From Bacteroidota bacterium (GTDB lineage: Bacteria > Bacteroidota > Bacteroidia > Bacteroidales > VadinHA17), in the NCBI GenBank assembly GCA_011049175.1, contig DSCJ01000133.1:8016-72015 (forward strand): a stretch of DNA of 64,000 nt, written 5' to 3'. The position numbers were made by a program, and so were the translations under genes. The notes below the pieces were generated by a model, which saw only the letters and a list, made by a program, of their open reading frames with translations, ran no database searches and had not been told where the DNA came from. This document shows, piece after piece, positions 20,817 through 29,473 of this stretch. Position 1 is the first letter of the stretch. Every line of letters starts with the position of its first letter.

Positions 20817-21400
20817 ACCAGTGGAAAAACTTCAGTAAAGGGTTTATCAGGGAAAATGCCGTTTTCGTGCTTTTCCTAGGGCTGTGCCCCACCCTGGGGG
20901 TGACCAGTACCGCCATCAATGGTCTGGGCATGGGGCTGGCCACTACCTTTGTCCTGTTTATGTCGAATATTGTGGTATCGCTTATCAAATCGCTGATACC
21001 CAACAAAGTCAGGATCCCCACCTACATTGTGGTGATCGCTTCGTTTGTAACCATCGTTGAACTCACCATGCAGGCGTATCTGCCTACCCTGTTCGAGCAG
21101 CTGGGACTGTTCATTCCGCTGATCGTGGTCAACTGTGTGATCCTGGGACGTGCGGAAGCCTTCGCCTCAAAAAACAACCTTCTCACCTCCGCCATAGACG
21201 GACTGGGCATGGGGCTGGGTTTTGCCTTTGCCCTGACACTGCTGGGAGCGGTGCGCGAAATCCTGGGCAGCGGGTCACTGTTCGGCCTTAAATTCATTGC
21301 CGGTGACGGTATCCTGCTGTTCATCCTGCCTCCGGGTGCCTTCCTCGCCCTGGGATACCTGATTGTGATCATGAACAAGATTAAAGAAAAAACCACCTAA
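20813..21400 (+). CDS. rnfE: Rnf complex subunit E
   Basis: [25 protein letters not shown]. Confidence 0.95.
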   Translation: MNQWKNFSKGFIRENAVFVLFLGLCPTLGVTSTAINGLGMGLATTFVLFMSNIVVSLIKSLIPNKVRIPTYIVVIASFVTIVELTMQAYLPTLFEQLGLFIPLIVVNCVILGRAEAFASKNNLLTSAIDGLGMGLGFAFALTLLGAVREILGSGSLFGLKFIAGDGILLFILPPGAFLALGYLIVIMNKIKEKTT

Positions 21401-21412
21401 TCCGATCCCGCC

Positions 21413-21985
21413 ATGGAATATGTGATCATCATCATATCGGCCGTATTTGTCAACAACATCGTTTTGACCCGGTTCCTGGGTATTTGCCCCTTTATCGGCG
21501 TGTCGAGCAGGGTCAGCACAGCCCTGGGGATGAGCGGGGCCGTAGCTTTTGTCATGACCATTGCCACTCTGGTAACCTATCTGCTCCAGGTCTATATCCT
21601 GAACCCTTTCGGGATCGCCTTTATGCAGACCATTACTTTTATCCTGGTCATTGCCTCCCTGGTGCAGCTCGTAGAGATCATCCTGAAAAAGGTGAGCCCG
21701 CCCCTTTACCAGGCCCTGGGAATATTCCTTCCCCTGATCACCACCAACTGTGCCATTCTGGGAGTAGCCATTCTGGCCCAGCAAAATGAATACAACCTGC
21801 TTGAAAGCGTGGTGTTCGGCATTGCCAATGCCATCGGCTTCGGCCTGGCTCTGATCCTTTTCTCGGGCATCAGGGAACACCTGAGCATGGTGAATGTACC
21901 GAAAGCGATGCAGGGAGTGCCCATCGCCTTTATTGTAGCCGGCCTGCTGGCCATGGCGTTTATGGGCTTTGCGGGAATTGTCTGA
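21413..21985 (+). CDS. rnfA: Rnf complex subunit A
   Basis: [23 protein letters not shown]. Confidence 0.95.
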   Translation: MEYVIIIISAVFVNNIVLTRFLGICPFIGVSSRVSTALGMSGAVAFVMTIATLVTYLLQVYILNPFGIAFMQTITFILVIASLVQLVEIILKKVSPPLYQALGIFLPLITTNCAILGVAILAQQNEYNLLESVVFGIANAIGFGLALILFSGIREHLSMVNVPKAMQGVPIAFIVAGLLAMAFMGFAGIV

Positions 21986-21991
21986 ACCGGA

Positions 21992-22023
21992 TAAAAAAGC
22001 AGGCCGGAATCTTCCGGCCTGCT
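21992..22023 (-). terminator. Intrinsic terminator (U-tract on the minus strand; possibly bidirectional)
   Basis: aaaaa + agcaggccggaa-tc-ttccggcctgct, 12-bp stem between convergent rnfA and S46 genes. Confidence 0.8.
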
Positions 22024-22055
22024 GCGAAATTCATATCTCCTTTACCGGATACTAT

Positions 22056-24125
22056 TTATTCCACACCCAGTTCGGCCAGGATCCGTCCGGCCCCGTACAG
22101 GTGGCGGAGGGCCGCAACAATACCCCCGGCATGAACTCCAACGGCCCGGTTTACTTCTTCATCATAAATAAAATTGCCCGGCAGCGACTCGATATTCCCG
22201 TCGAATACCAGTCCCACCAGTTCCTTGTTCCTGTTGATCATGGCGCTGCCCGAGTTCCCCCCGATGATATCGACCGTGGATACGAAATTCAGAGGTTCCT
22301 TCAGCAGTTCCACCGGAGGATCCAGCCATCTTTCAGGCATACTCCAGGGATATTCCCCGTTGAAAGAATGGTACCGGTCGTACATTCCAAAAAAATGGGT
22401 TTTGTACGGGGCTTCCGTTCCGTTGTAGGTATATCCGCTGACCCGGCCGTCGCTGATGCGCAGTGTCCCCGTGGCATCGGGAGGAAGCTTCAGTCCGAAC
22501 ACCCCGAACATCTCCCGGGCGATCTTATTTTCCAGAGCCCGGCGAACGTTCACATTGCCGTTCATGATGGTGCTTGACCTGACATATTCGGGAACCAGGG
22601 TCATGGCCATGAGGATAACCGGATCGTCATTTTTTCTGATCTTTTCAGCATCCCATTTCAGGAACCGCTTCATTTTTTTCTCACTGGCAAACAGGGTTTC
22701 TTTCAGTATCCTGTCGGCCGCCTCATCCGGGGTATCTCCATCAAGAATGGCCGCCACATAGTCGTCGTCGTCATCGGCATACCGTTTCATGAAAACCAGC
22801 AGGTTGGCGAGCTTTGTCTTTTCTTCTTCGGCAGAAAGCGATTCCGCTATTCCCGGAAGCATTTCCCTGAACTGCCTGAGTTCCGAAGTATCGGCATCTT
22901 CATCCTCCAGCACCTCGAGATAGGCATCAACGGCATAGGCCATCAGAACGGTTCCGCTGTTCCCCGACTGCGGGCCCAGCAGCAGCACTTCCATCATTTC
23001 GGGAGAGATCTTCCGGTATTCCCGTTCAAGTTGTTCCCAGTAGTCATCGCCTCCGGCATCGGTTACCTGCCGGCGGATGTAGTTTTCCATCTGCCGTTTC
23101 CGGTCCATCAGCTTTTCATTGTGCAATCCGTCGATAATCCCCTGGATTGCCTTGATAGAATTGGAGATCATGAACATCTGTTCCTGCAACATCCGGTCGC
23201 CCGATTCTTCAAATTGTTTCTCCAGTTCCCGGTAATTGGTTTTCATCCAGTCGAGCTGGATCTGGTACCGGTAATCGCGGTCGTATTCATACTGGGCCAT
23301 GGTACGGTACCTCTCGGTACTTCCAGGGTTCCCCACCACAAAAATGGGCTCGCCGGCGTGAATGCCGTCGGGGTTGAAAGCATAATAAAAACCTGACGAG
23401 TTCACCGGTTTACCGTCTTCATATGCCCTCCACAGAGTAAAATCCAGGTTGTATCGCGGATAGGTAAAATTGTCGGGGTCGCCGCCGAAATAGGCCGCCT
23501 GCAGTTCAGGGATCATAACGAGCCGGATGTCGTCGTACCTTTTGTACCCGTAAAGCGATATTTTTACTCCGCTGTAATACAGAACAGGTTCAATTTCCAG
23601 GTTTTTCCAGTCTTCCTGTTCCGACACTTCTTCCATCACGGCATAGATAGCCGAATCACGCAGGGAAATCATTTCCTCATCCGTTTCCGCTCCACGGGCA
23701 GCCTGCATCACCCGGTCACTCACATCCATGATCCTGACCAGCTGCCTCACCCACAATCCCGGAGTGCGGCGTTCGTCGGCAGTATCGGCAGCATAGAATC
23801 CATGGGCATCGAAATCTTCCCCTTCTTTCATGATCCTTTCCAGCACCATGCGCGAACAGTGGTGGTTGGTCAGGATCAGCCCGTCGGGTGAGACAAAGGA
23901 GGCTGAACACCAGTTGGCAAATTGCAGGGCAGCCATACGCACATCATCCAGCCATTCCCCACCGGCCTGGAACTGATAGTTTTCACTGAACTCTTCCGCC
24001 GGGACATATTCAAAAGGCCACATCTTGCCGAAATCAGACATCTGTGGAGTGTACTGAGCCTGCAGCGACAGACTCATCCCTATGAATACCAGGGAGATGA
24101 ATAAATAAGTCAAACGGTTTTTCAT
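22056..24125 (-). CDS. S46 family dipeptidyl peptidase (DPP7-like)
   Basis: Signal peptide, CSASFVS.DGLILTNHHC, DNF.YPR, DIIGGNSGS; FDGN has Gly at the S1 position as in DPP7, not Arg as in DPP11. Confidence 0.92.
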   Translation of the reverse strand: MKNRLTYLFISLVFIGMSLSLQAQYTPQMSDFGKMWPFEYVPAEEFSENYQFQAGGEWLDDVRMAALQFANWCSASFVSPDGLILTNHHCSRMVLERIMKEGEDFDAHGFYAADTADERRTPGLWVRQLVRIMDVSDRVMQAARGAETDEEMISLRDSAIYAVMEEVSEQEDWKNLEIEPVLYYSGVKISLYGYKRYDDIRLVMIPELQAAYFGGDPDNFTYPRYNLDFTLWRAYEDGKPVNSSGFYYAFNPDGIHAGEPIFVVGNPGSTERYRTMAQYEYDRDYRYQIQLDWMKTNYRELEKQFEESGDRMLQEQMFMISNSIKAIQGIIDGLHNEKLMDRKRQMENYIRRQVTDAGGDDYWEQLEREYRKISPEMMEVLLLGPQSGNSGTVLMAYAVDAYLEVLEDEDADTSELRQFREMLPGIAESLSAEEEKTKLANLLVFMKRYADDDDDYVAAILDGDTPDEAADRILKETLFASEKKMKRFLKWDAEKIRKNDDPVILMAMTLVPEYVRSSTIMNGNVNVRRALENKIAREMFGVFGLKLPPDATGTLRISDGRVSGYTYNGTEAPYKTHFFGMYDRYHSFNGEYPWSMPERWLDPPVELLKEPLNFVSTVDIIGGNSGSAMINRNKELVGLVFDGNIESLPGNFIYDEEVNRAVGVHAGGIVAALRHLYGAGRILAELGVE

Positions 24126-24231
24126 GAGATTTGAATTGGGTTACAATAATGATTAAAAACAATGAGCGGCAAGGTAATGATTTTTTCATTTCCCGCAGGC
24201 GGGCTACAATATGTTTAAAGCCATCACAGTG

Positions 24232-25413
24232 TCAGCCTTTGATCACCGCCAGGGGCTGTAACTCGGTTTTGATCTTTACCAGGTCAGCCTGTTCGTCCAT
24301 CACCTGCCGGATATCCTTATAGGCATGGGGGGCTTCATCCAGGTCCCTGTGCGACCGGATGGAATGAATAATATTCCTGCTGTCCATTTCTTTTTTCACC
24401 GTATCGAGATCGAGCTTCCGCATAGCTTCTTTCCGGCCCATCACCCTGCCAGCCCCATGCGAACAGCTTTCAAAGCTGGAAGAATTTCCCAGGCCTTCCA
24501 CAATGTAGCTTACGTTTCCCTGTGAGCCGGGAATAATGCCGGTTTGACCCCGGCGGGCCTGGGTGGCTCCTTTCCGGTGAACCCATACCCTCTCGCCGAA
24601 ATGTTCCTCCTTTGAGGCAAAATTATGCGCAATATTGATGAGGGGATTATGTGAAAAGTCCCGGCCGCTGAGATCCTTCATAATCCCCAGGATGGTTTCC
24701 ACCATCAGGCGCCGGCTGGCAAAGGCAAAGGCTATGCAATAGTTCATTTCCCTGATGTACTTTTGCCCTTCTTTATGGTCTTCCGGCAGGTAGGCAAGCT
24801 GCCAGCTTCTGGGTACGGGCGATTTCCACTTCTCATTCAGGGTAATGGCCAGCCGGTTATAATGGTCGGCCACCTGCTTTCCGATGTTCCGGCTGCCCGA
24901 ATGAACCATAATCCAGATCCTTCCGTCGGTTCCCTTCTGAAACTCTATGAAATGATTCCCACCTCCCAGGGTTCCCAGCTGATACAGGGCATTGCGGTAC
25001 TCTCTGGCCACCACGGGCATTTCTTTTTTCCAGTCGCCTTTCCCGCCCGGATCGGGCATCAGGTCTTTTGACCGGGGTTTCTCATGGTGCTTGAAACCCA
25101 GGGGAATATGCCTGCGAACGGCCGACATGATCTCCTTCAACACGGGTGTTTCAATGTTTGTAAGGCTGGTGGCTGCAGCCGACATGCCGCATCCGATGTC
25201 CACCCCAACGGCATTGGGAACGATCACGCCGTTGGTGGCCATCACACCGCCAATTGGCATCCCATAACCCTGGTGGCAATCGGGCATGATGGCAATATGA
25301 TGAAAGGCAAACGGAAAATTCGACAGGTTCCTGATCTGATCCATAGCTCCCGGCTCCACCTCTGTTGTCCAGAGCATGACAGGGATTTTCCCGGTTTTAA
25401 TCTCCTTTTTCAT
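24232..25413 (-). CDS. rtcB: RtcB family RNA ligase
   Basis: MPDCHQGYGMPIG, GVDIGCGM, GTLGGGNHF, HSGSR, HRKGAT, SHGAGR, DEAP.AYK. Confidence 0.95.
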   Translation of the reverse strand: MKKEIKTGKIPVMLWTTEVEPGAMDQIRNLSNFPFAFHHIAIMPDCHQGYGMPIGGVMATNGVIVPNAVGVDIGCGMSAAATSLTNIETPVLKEIMSAVRRHIPLGFKHHEKPRSKDLMPDPGGKGDWKKEMPVVAREYRNALYQLGTLGGGNHFIEFQKGTDGRIWIMVHSGSRNIGKQVADHYNRLAITLNEKWKSPVPRSWQLAYLPEDHKEGQKYIREMNYCIAFAFASRRLMVETILGIMKDLSGRDFSHNPLINIAHNFASKEEHFGERVWVHRKGATQARRGQTGIIPGSQGNVSYIVEGLGNSSSFESCSHGAGRVMGRKEAMRKLDLDTVKKEMDSRNIIHSIRSHRDLDEAPHAYKDIRQVMDEQADLVKIKTELQPLAVIKG

Positions 25414-25435
25414 GAAGCTTTTGTTCAGCAGTCAA

Positions 25436-25472
25436 TAAATGTAAGACTTTTACGGCAAAAATCTTACATTTA
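25436..25472. promoter_or_regulatory. 11-bp inverted repeat in the rtcB/J-domain divergent intergenic region
   Basis: taaatgtaaga (25436-46) N15 tcttacattta (25462-72). Confidence 0.55.
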
Positions 25473-25489
25473 CTCCCAGTAAGCACATT

Positions 25490-26083
25490 ATGGCCATACC
25501 CACGCATCTTCCATCTGCCTACTACCGTATTCTGGGTGTTCGGCCGGGCTGCAGCCTGAACGATATTAAACAGGCATACCGGGAAAAGGCCAAGGAGTTC
25601 CATCCCGATATCAATCCCGATCCGGATGCCCCCGACCGGTTCATCGAAGTGAATGAAGCCTATGAATATTTTGTCAGGGAATTCAACAGCCCCCGGCAGA
25701 AAATTGTGCGTGACGGTATCAGCACGGCTGAGATGGATGATATCCTGAGGCAATGGATGGAAAGGGAACGGGCAAAAGCCAGGGCGCGGGCCGCACGCTA
25801 TGCCCGGCAAAGGTACGAGGAGTTCCGCCGGTCGCCCCTGTACCGTACTTCCAGCCTGCTTTCCATAGGGGCAAATTACCTTATCCTGGGTTTCGGGATC
25901 ATGATGATCAGTGGTTCTGCCTACGGGATATATAATATTTATATCACCTGGAATACCATTACCGCAGCAGGTGTTTTTGCGGCTGTGATGACCTCGCTGC
26001 TGGGTATGGTGATCATGGTTTTTTCCCTGTCGGATATCAGAAGAAGGCGGAAAGAGTTAAGAAGGATGAAGGATGAAGGATGA
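25490..26083 (+). CDS. Membrane-anchored J-domain (DnaJ-like) protein
   Basis: YYRILGV..IKQAYR..HPD..F.EVNEAYE; two C-terminal hydrophobic helices. Confidence 0.85.
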   Translation: MAIPTHLPSAYYRILGVRPGCSLNDIKQAYREKAKEFHPDINPDPDAPDRFIEVNEAYEYFVREFNSPRQKIVRDGISTAEMDDILRQWMERERAKARARAARYARQRYEEFRRSPLYRTSSLLSIGANYLILGFGIMMISGSAYGIYNIYITWNTITAAGVFAAVMTSLLGMVIMVFSLSDIRRRRKELRRMKDEG

Positions 26084-26091
26084 AGGATGAA
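26061..26091 (+). repeat. Heptamer tandem repeat (GAAGGAT)x4
   Basis: Four perfect copies plus GAA, containing the J-domain gene's TGA stop. Confidence 0.9.
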
Positions 26092-26189
26092 AATATTGAC
26101 CGGTTGAGCGAAAAAGGTTATTTTTACTGTTCAGACCTGAAAACCCGGCATGCGGGCAGGTGTTTCCCGGCCGGGACGGAACGATAAAG

Positions 26190-26711
26190 ATGACGAACAT
26201 GACAGAAAAACAAATCGAATTGCTGCGCAAACAGATGGAAAATCTGGATGCCGGTGATTTCAACCTGGAAGCATGGAAAACTTCCACCAAGCTGATGCTG
26301 GAAAGGATATTCGGTCCGGGCAATCCGCGGGCCAGGGAAATTGAAAAGATCCATTACGACCTGAGTTCCTGGGCTTTGCGCGATTCCCTGGGAGCCTCCT
26401 CCACCCTGGAAGGATGCAAACGAACCGGACGGGCCATTTTGGAAGCCTGCATCATGGAACTGGAAACCCTGGGCGACGCCGGCGAAACCGCCATCCCGAA
26501 AACCATCAATGCCGGTATCCTGACCGGGTGCCTTGAAAACCACCTGACCGTGTCGCAGCTGAGACGTTTAAAGGAGATCCTTCAATCGGAAAAAGAACCG
26601 GAAGAGAAGGTCAAAGCCGTGGCGGAATTTCTCGACAACCTGGGCCCGGATAATCTGACAGGGATCCTTTCCGAATTTCTTTCAGACCCGGGCGTATCCT
26701 CCCAAATCTGA
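26190..26711 (+). CDS. Hypothetical all-helical protein
   Basis: 173-aa ORF from ATG 26190, followed 9 nt later by the thioesterase gene; no family recognised with certainty. Confidence 0.7.
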   Translation: MTNMTEKQIELLRKQMENLDAGDFNLEAWKTSTKLMLERIFGPGNPRAREIEKIHYDLSSWALRDSLGASSTLEGCKRTGRAILEACIMELETLGDAGETAIPKTINAGILTGCLENHLTVSQLRRLKEILQSEKEPEEKVKAVAEFLDNLGPDNLTGILSEFLSDPGVSSQI

Positions 26712-26720
26712 TGAATTATT

Positions 26721-27209
26721 ATGAAGAAAAAGATCATCAATCCCTACAACAACTTTGATAATCCGTGTTATGGCTGTTCAGAACACAATGATGCCGGCCT
26801 GAAAATGGAATTCTGGGACAATGGGGAAGGTCTGGTATCCGAGTGGGCTCCCCGTCCTGAATTTCAGGGGTATGTTGGGGTGCTGCACGGCGGGATTCAG
26901 GCTACCCTGCTCGATGAGATCGCCAGCTGGACGGTGTATGTGAAGGCCGGCACTGCGGGGGTTACCTACTCTATGGAGGTTCGTTACCTCAGGCCCGTAT
27001 ACCTCAGTCGCGGGCCGCTTCATATCGTTTCCCGGCTGGAAAAACGGGAGGAAAAAATGGCAATGATCCATACCGGTTTGTACGATGCCAGGCAACAGCT
27101 ATGCACCGAGGCAAAAATACAGTACTTTCTGTTTCCCGAACACATAGCCCGGGAAAAATACCACTATCCCGGAAAGGAGGCTTTTTACGTAAAAGGTTGG
27201 AGGGAGTAA
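26721..27209 (+). CDS. PaaI/hot-dog fold thioesterase
   Basis: CYGC...N..GL, GY.GVLHGGIQATLLDE, VRYLRPV. Confidence 0.9.
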   Translation: MKKKIINPYNNFDNPCYGCSEHNDAGLKMEFWDNGEGLVSEWAPRPEFQGYVGVLHGGIQATLLDEIASWTVYVKAGTAGVTYSMEVRYLRPVYLSRGPLHIVSRLEKREEKMAMIHTGLYDARQQLCTEAKIQYFLFPEHIAREKYHYPGKEAFYVKGWRE

Positions 27210-27235
27210 CTCAGTAATGGAGTAATGGAGTATTT
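27204..27235 (+). repeat. Degenerate octamer tandem repeat (gagtaact cagtaatg gagtaatg gagtattt)
   Basis: Four 8-nt units, the first containing the thioesterase TAA stop. Confidence 0.7.
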
Positions 27236-27349
27236 GAGAAGCCTTAAATACACAAAATTTTCTTGAACACAAGTTTCGTCCTCAAATTCGCAAGTCTATC
27301 GAATCCCATCAAAAAATATATCTTTTTCCCGGACTACCTGAAAAGGACT

Positions 27350-27584
27350 GGCCTCTGAGGGTTTTATGAGAAAAACAAGGCGGGGGAATATGCGCCAAGG
27401 CCTGTGCAGCGATCCTGTCTGAGTCCCTGACAGGCGAAGCGCTGTCAGGGACGAGTTTGGATCGCGGCAGGCCTTCCCCCGCCGTAGTTTTTCCATAAAC
27501 GCATCAGCAGCCAAAGGGTTTTTTGCATGCTTTTTTGCCCCACAAAAAAGCATGTCGCTCCGTTTCGGGAACGGAGCGAAAAAA
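27350..27584. other. Highly structured non-coding element (long rod plus two hairpins); candidate MITE/REP-like element or ncRNA
   Basis: Nested complementary segments 27423-33/27442-52, 27409-15/27459-65, 27397-404/27468-75, 27379-86/27476-83, 27371-76/27487-92; hairpins 27526-37/27543-54 and 27555-64/27570-79. Confidence 0.7.
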
Positions 27585-27908
27585 TGGCCGGTGGGATGAA
27601 ACTATCAAAGAGCAAGTGGCCGGAACGAATTATTGCCTCACCAGACAGGTAATGGCTTTTTTTCTGTAATTGATGGAATAACTGTATTATATTAAATTCT
27701 GTAATAGAGACAGGCGAATTTGAGAATGTGATTAACTACGTAGTTGTCTACGGTGCTAACTACGTAGCTAATGGTCCGGGCGGATATTTATGCCGGTTTG
27801 CGGGAGGTCCGGGGCATTGGCCGCAACTGCATAAAAGATACGGCATTCTGCATGGAAAAGCAGGCGCCAGGTTGGAACCGGAAAAAGAAAGAGGCTTCGA
27901 TTAACTGA

Positions 27909-28634
27909 TTATTCATTTTTCCCCGGGTGCAACCCGCATTCCCTGTTCTCGGGCTGTTCCCACCACCAGCGGCCGGCCCGCACATCCTCATCCGGCTTTA
28001 CCGCCCGGGTGCAGGGCTGACAGCCTATACTGGGAAACCCCCTGTCGTGCAGGGTATTATACGGGATATCGTATTCGCCGATATAATCCCAAACCTGTTT
28101 CTCCGACCAGTCGTACAGGGGATTGACCTTCACTAATTCGTGTTTCTCATCCCATTCCACCGGCATGACCGATATGCGGGTCACTGCCTGTTCCCTTCGC
28201 AGGCCGGTTATCCAGGCCCGGCAACCCTCCAGGGCACGCAGCAGGGGAAGCGTTTTCCGGATATAACAGCACAGCTTCCGGTTCTCCACACTGCGGTAAA
28301 ACAGGTTGATGCCCCTCTCCTGCACCATCTTCTCCACTTCCCGGTAGTCGGGGAAAAATACCTCGATCTCCAGTCCGTATTTTTCCTGTGTTTTTTCCAG
28401 TACTTCATAGGTTTCAGGAAATAACCGGCCCGTATCAAGGGTGAAGATCCGTGCTTTTGGGCTGATTGAGGCCATCATGTGGGTAATCACCTGGTCTTCC
28501 GCCCCCAGGCTGCTGGCAAAGGTGATCTCCTTCCCGTAATGGTCCAGAAAAAAGCTCAGAATGGTTTCCGGGGATGCCTTTTTGAACTCCCGGTTCCAGG
28601 CATCTATCTGTTTTTTTATTTCTTCCTTTTTCAT
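27909..28634 (-). CDS. cysH: CysH-family reductase, Fe-S (APS reductase) type
   Basis: SLGAEDQV, LDTGRLF.ETY, LCCYIRK, WITGLRREQ, SIGCQPCT, RAGRWWWE, ECGLH; start probably ATG 28634. Confidence 0.92.
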   Translation of the reverse strand: MKKEEIKKQIDAWNREFKKASPETILSFFLDHYGKEITFASSLGAEDQVITHMMASISPKARIFTLDTGRLFPETYEVLEKTQEKYGLEIEVFFPDYREVEKMVQERGINLFYRSVENRKLCCYIRKTLPLLRALEGCRAWITGLRREQAVTRISVMPVEWDEKHELVKVNPLYDWSEKQVWDYIGEYDIPYNTLHDRGFPSIGCQPCTRAVKPDEDVRAGRWWWEQPENRECGLHPGKNE

Positions 28635-28780
28635 CGTCCTCAGTATGTTTCCTATCCTGAACATTTCCCGGTAAAATGGCCGGGAATTCTATAACCAAGG
28701 TAACAAAAATGCGGGAAATACCGGAAACAAGCAAGAACTATCAGGTCAAAGCATTATTTTTGGGTTCTGTTAAACAGTTA

Positions 28781-29473
28781 ATGTCTATGATCATTCCCAT
28801 GGTTCTGGTCCTTGTGGCCTTCACACTGTATTACCTGGTTATTTCCCGGCCCATGATGAAAATATGGTTGCCTGCCGTGAGCGCAGGACATCCCCGGCGA
28901 ATAGCCCTGCAACGGCTGGCTGGCGTGTTCTTTTTAGGCATTCTTCCGCTGGCCTGGCTGCTGGCCACCAAACCATTCTTCCCACAAACTACGGGTACCG
29001 GCCCAATTTCCTGGTCACACACCCTGCCCGCCATCCTGCTGCTTTGCCCGGTCATGTACCTCACGGGATACCTCGCCTCCCACCGGTCAGGAAACCGGAA
29101 AGAATATCCGCAAATACGGGTAAACAAATGGAACGGCCAGCTGCTCCTTTTCAATGCCCTGTCGTGGGCGGCCTATCTGCTGGCCTACGAATTCCTGTTC
29201 CGCGGGTACCTTCTTTTCTCCCTTTACGAAGCTGGTGGGTACTGGCCGGCCGTGGGGATAAACGTGGGGCTATATGCCCTGGTTCACCTTCCCAAGGGAT
29301 GGAAAGAAACCGCAGGGGCAATCCCCTTCGGACTGGTGATCTGCGTTCTGACCCTGCACACAGGCAATATCCTTACCGCTTTTCTGGCCCATCTCACCAT
29401 GGCTCTGTCAACCGAGTATTTTGCCATCCGGGCCAATCCTGACATGCAATTTGTTTCAAAAAGAAGATCATGA
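28781..29473 (+). CDS. CPBP (Abi/CAAX-like) intramembrane glutamic protease
   Basis: YEFLFRG, YALVH, H..AH motifs, multiple TMs; start probably ATG 28781. Confidence 0.85.
   Translation: MSMIIPMVLVLVAFTLYYLVISRPMMKIWLPAVSAGHPRRIALQRLAGVFFLGILPLAWLLATKPFFPQTTGTGPISWSHTLPAILLLCPVMYLTGYLASHRSGNRKEYPQIRVNKWNGQLLLFNALSWAAYLLAYEFLFRGYLLFSLYEAGGYWPAVGINVGLYALVHLPKGWKETAGAIPFGLVICVLTLHTGNILTAFLAHLTMALSTEYFAIRANPDMQFVSKRRS

Noticed and set aside
16484-21985. rseC-rnfBCDGEA as a novel system
   Set aside because: Standard Bacteroidota Rnf operon order
27415-27458. Hammerhead ribozyme-like look (CTG..TGAGTCC...GGACGA)
   Set aside because: The core reads CUGUCUGA and GAGU rather than CUGANGA and GAAA, and I find no stem I/III with an NUH site, so it is not a canonical hammerhead
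27296-27553. 85-aa minus-strand ORF over the structured element
   Set aside because: No recognisable motifs; it coincides with the palindromic element and is probably incidental
26061-27768. CRISPR array or prophage/IS in the repeat-rich region
   Set aside because: Repeats are 7-12 nt with no unique spacers; no cas, integrase or transposase genes; no clear terminal inverted repeats or target duplication
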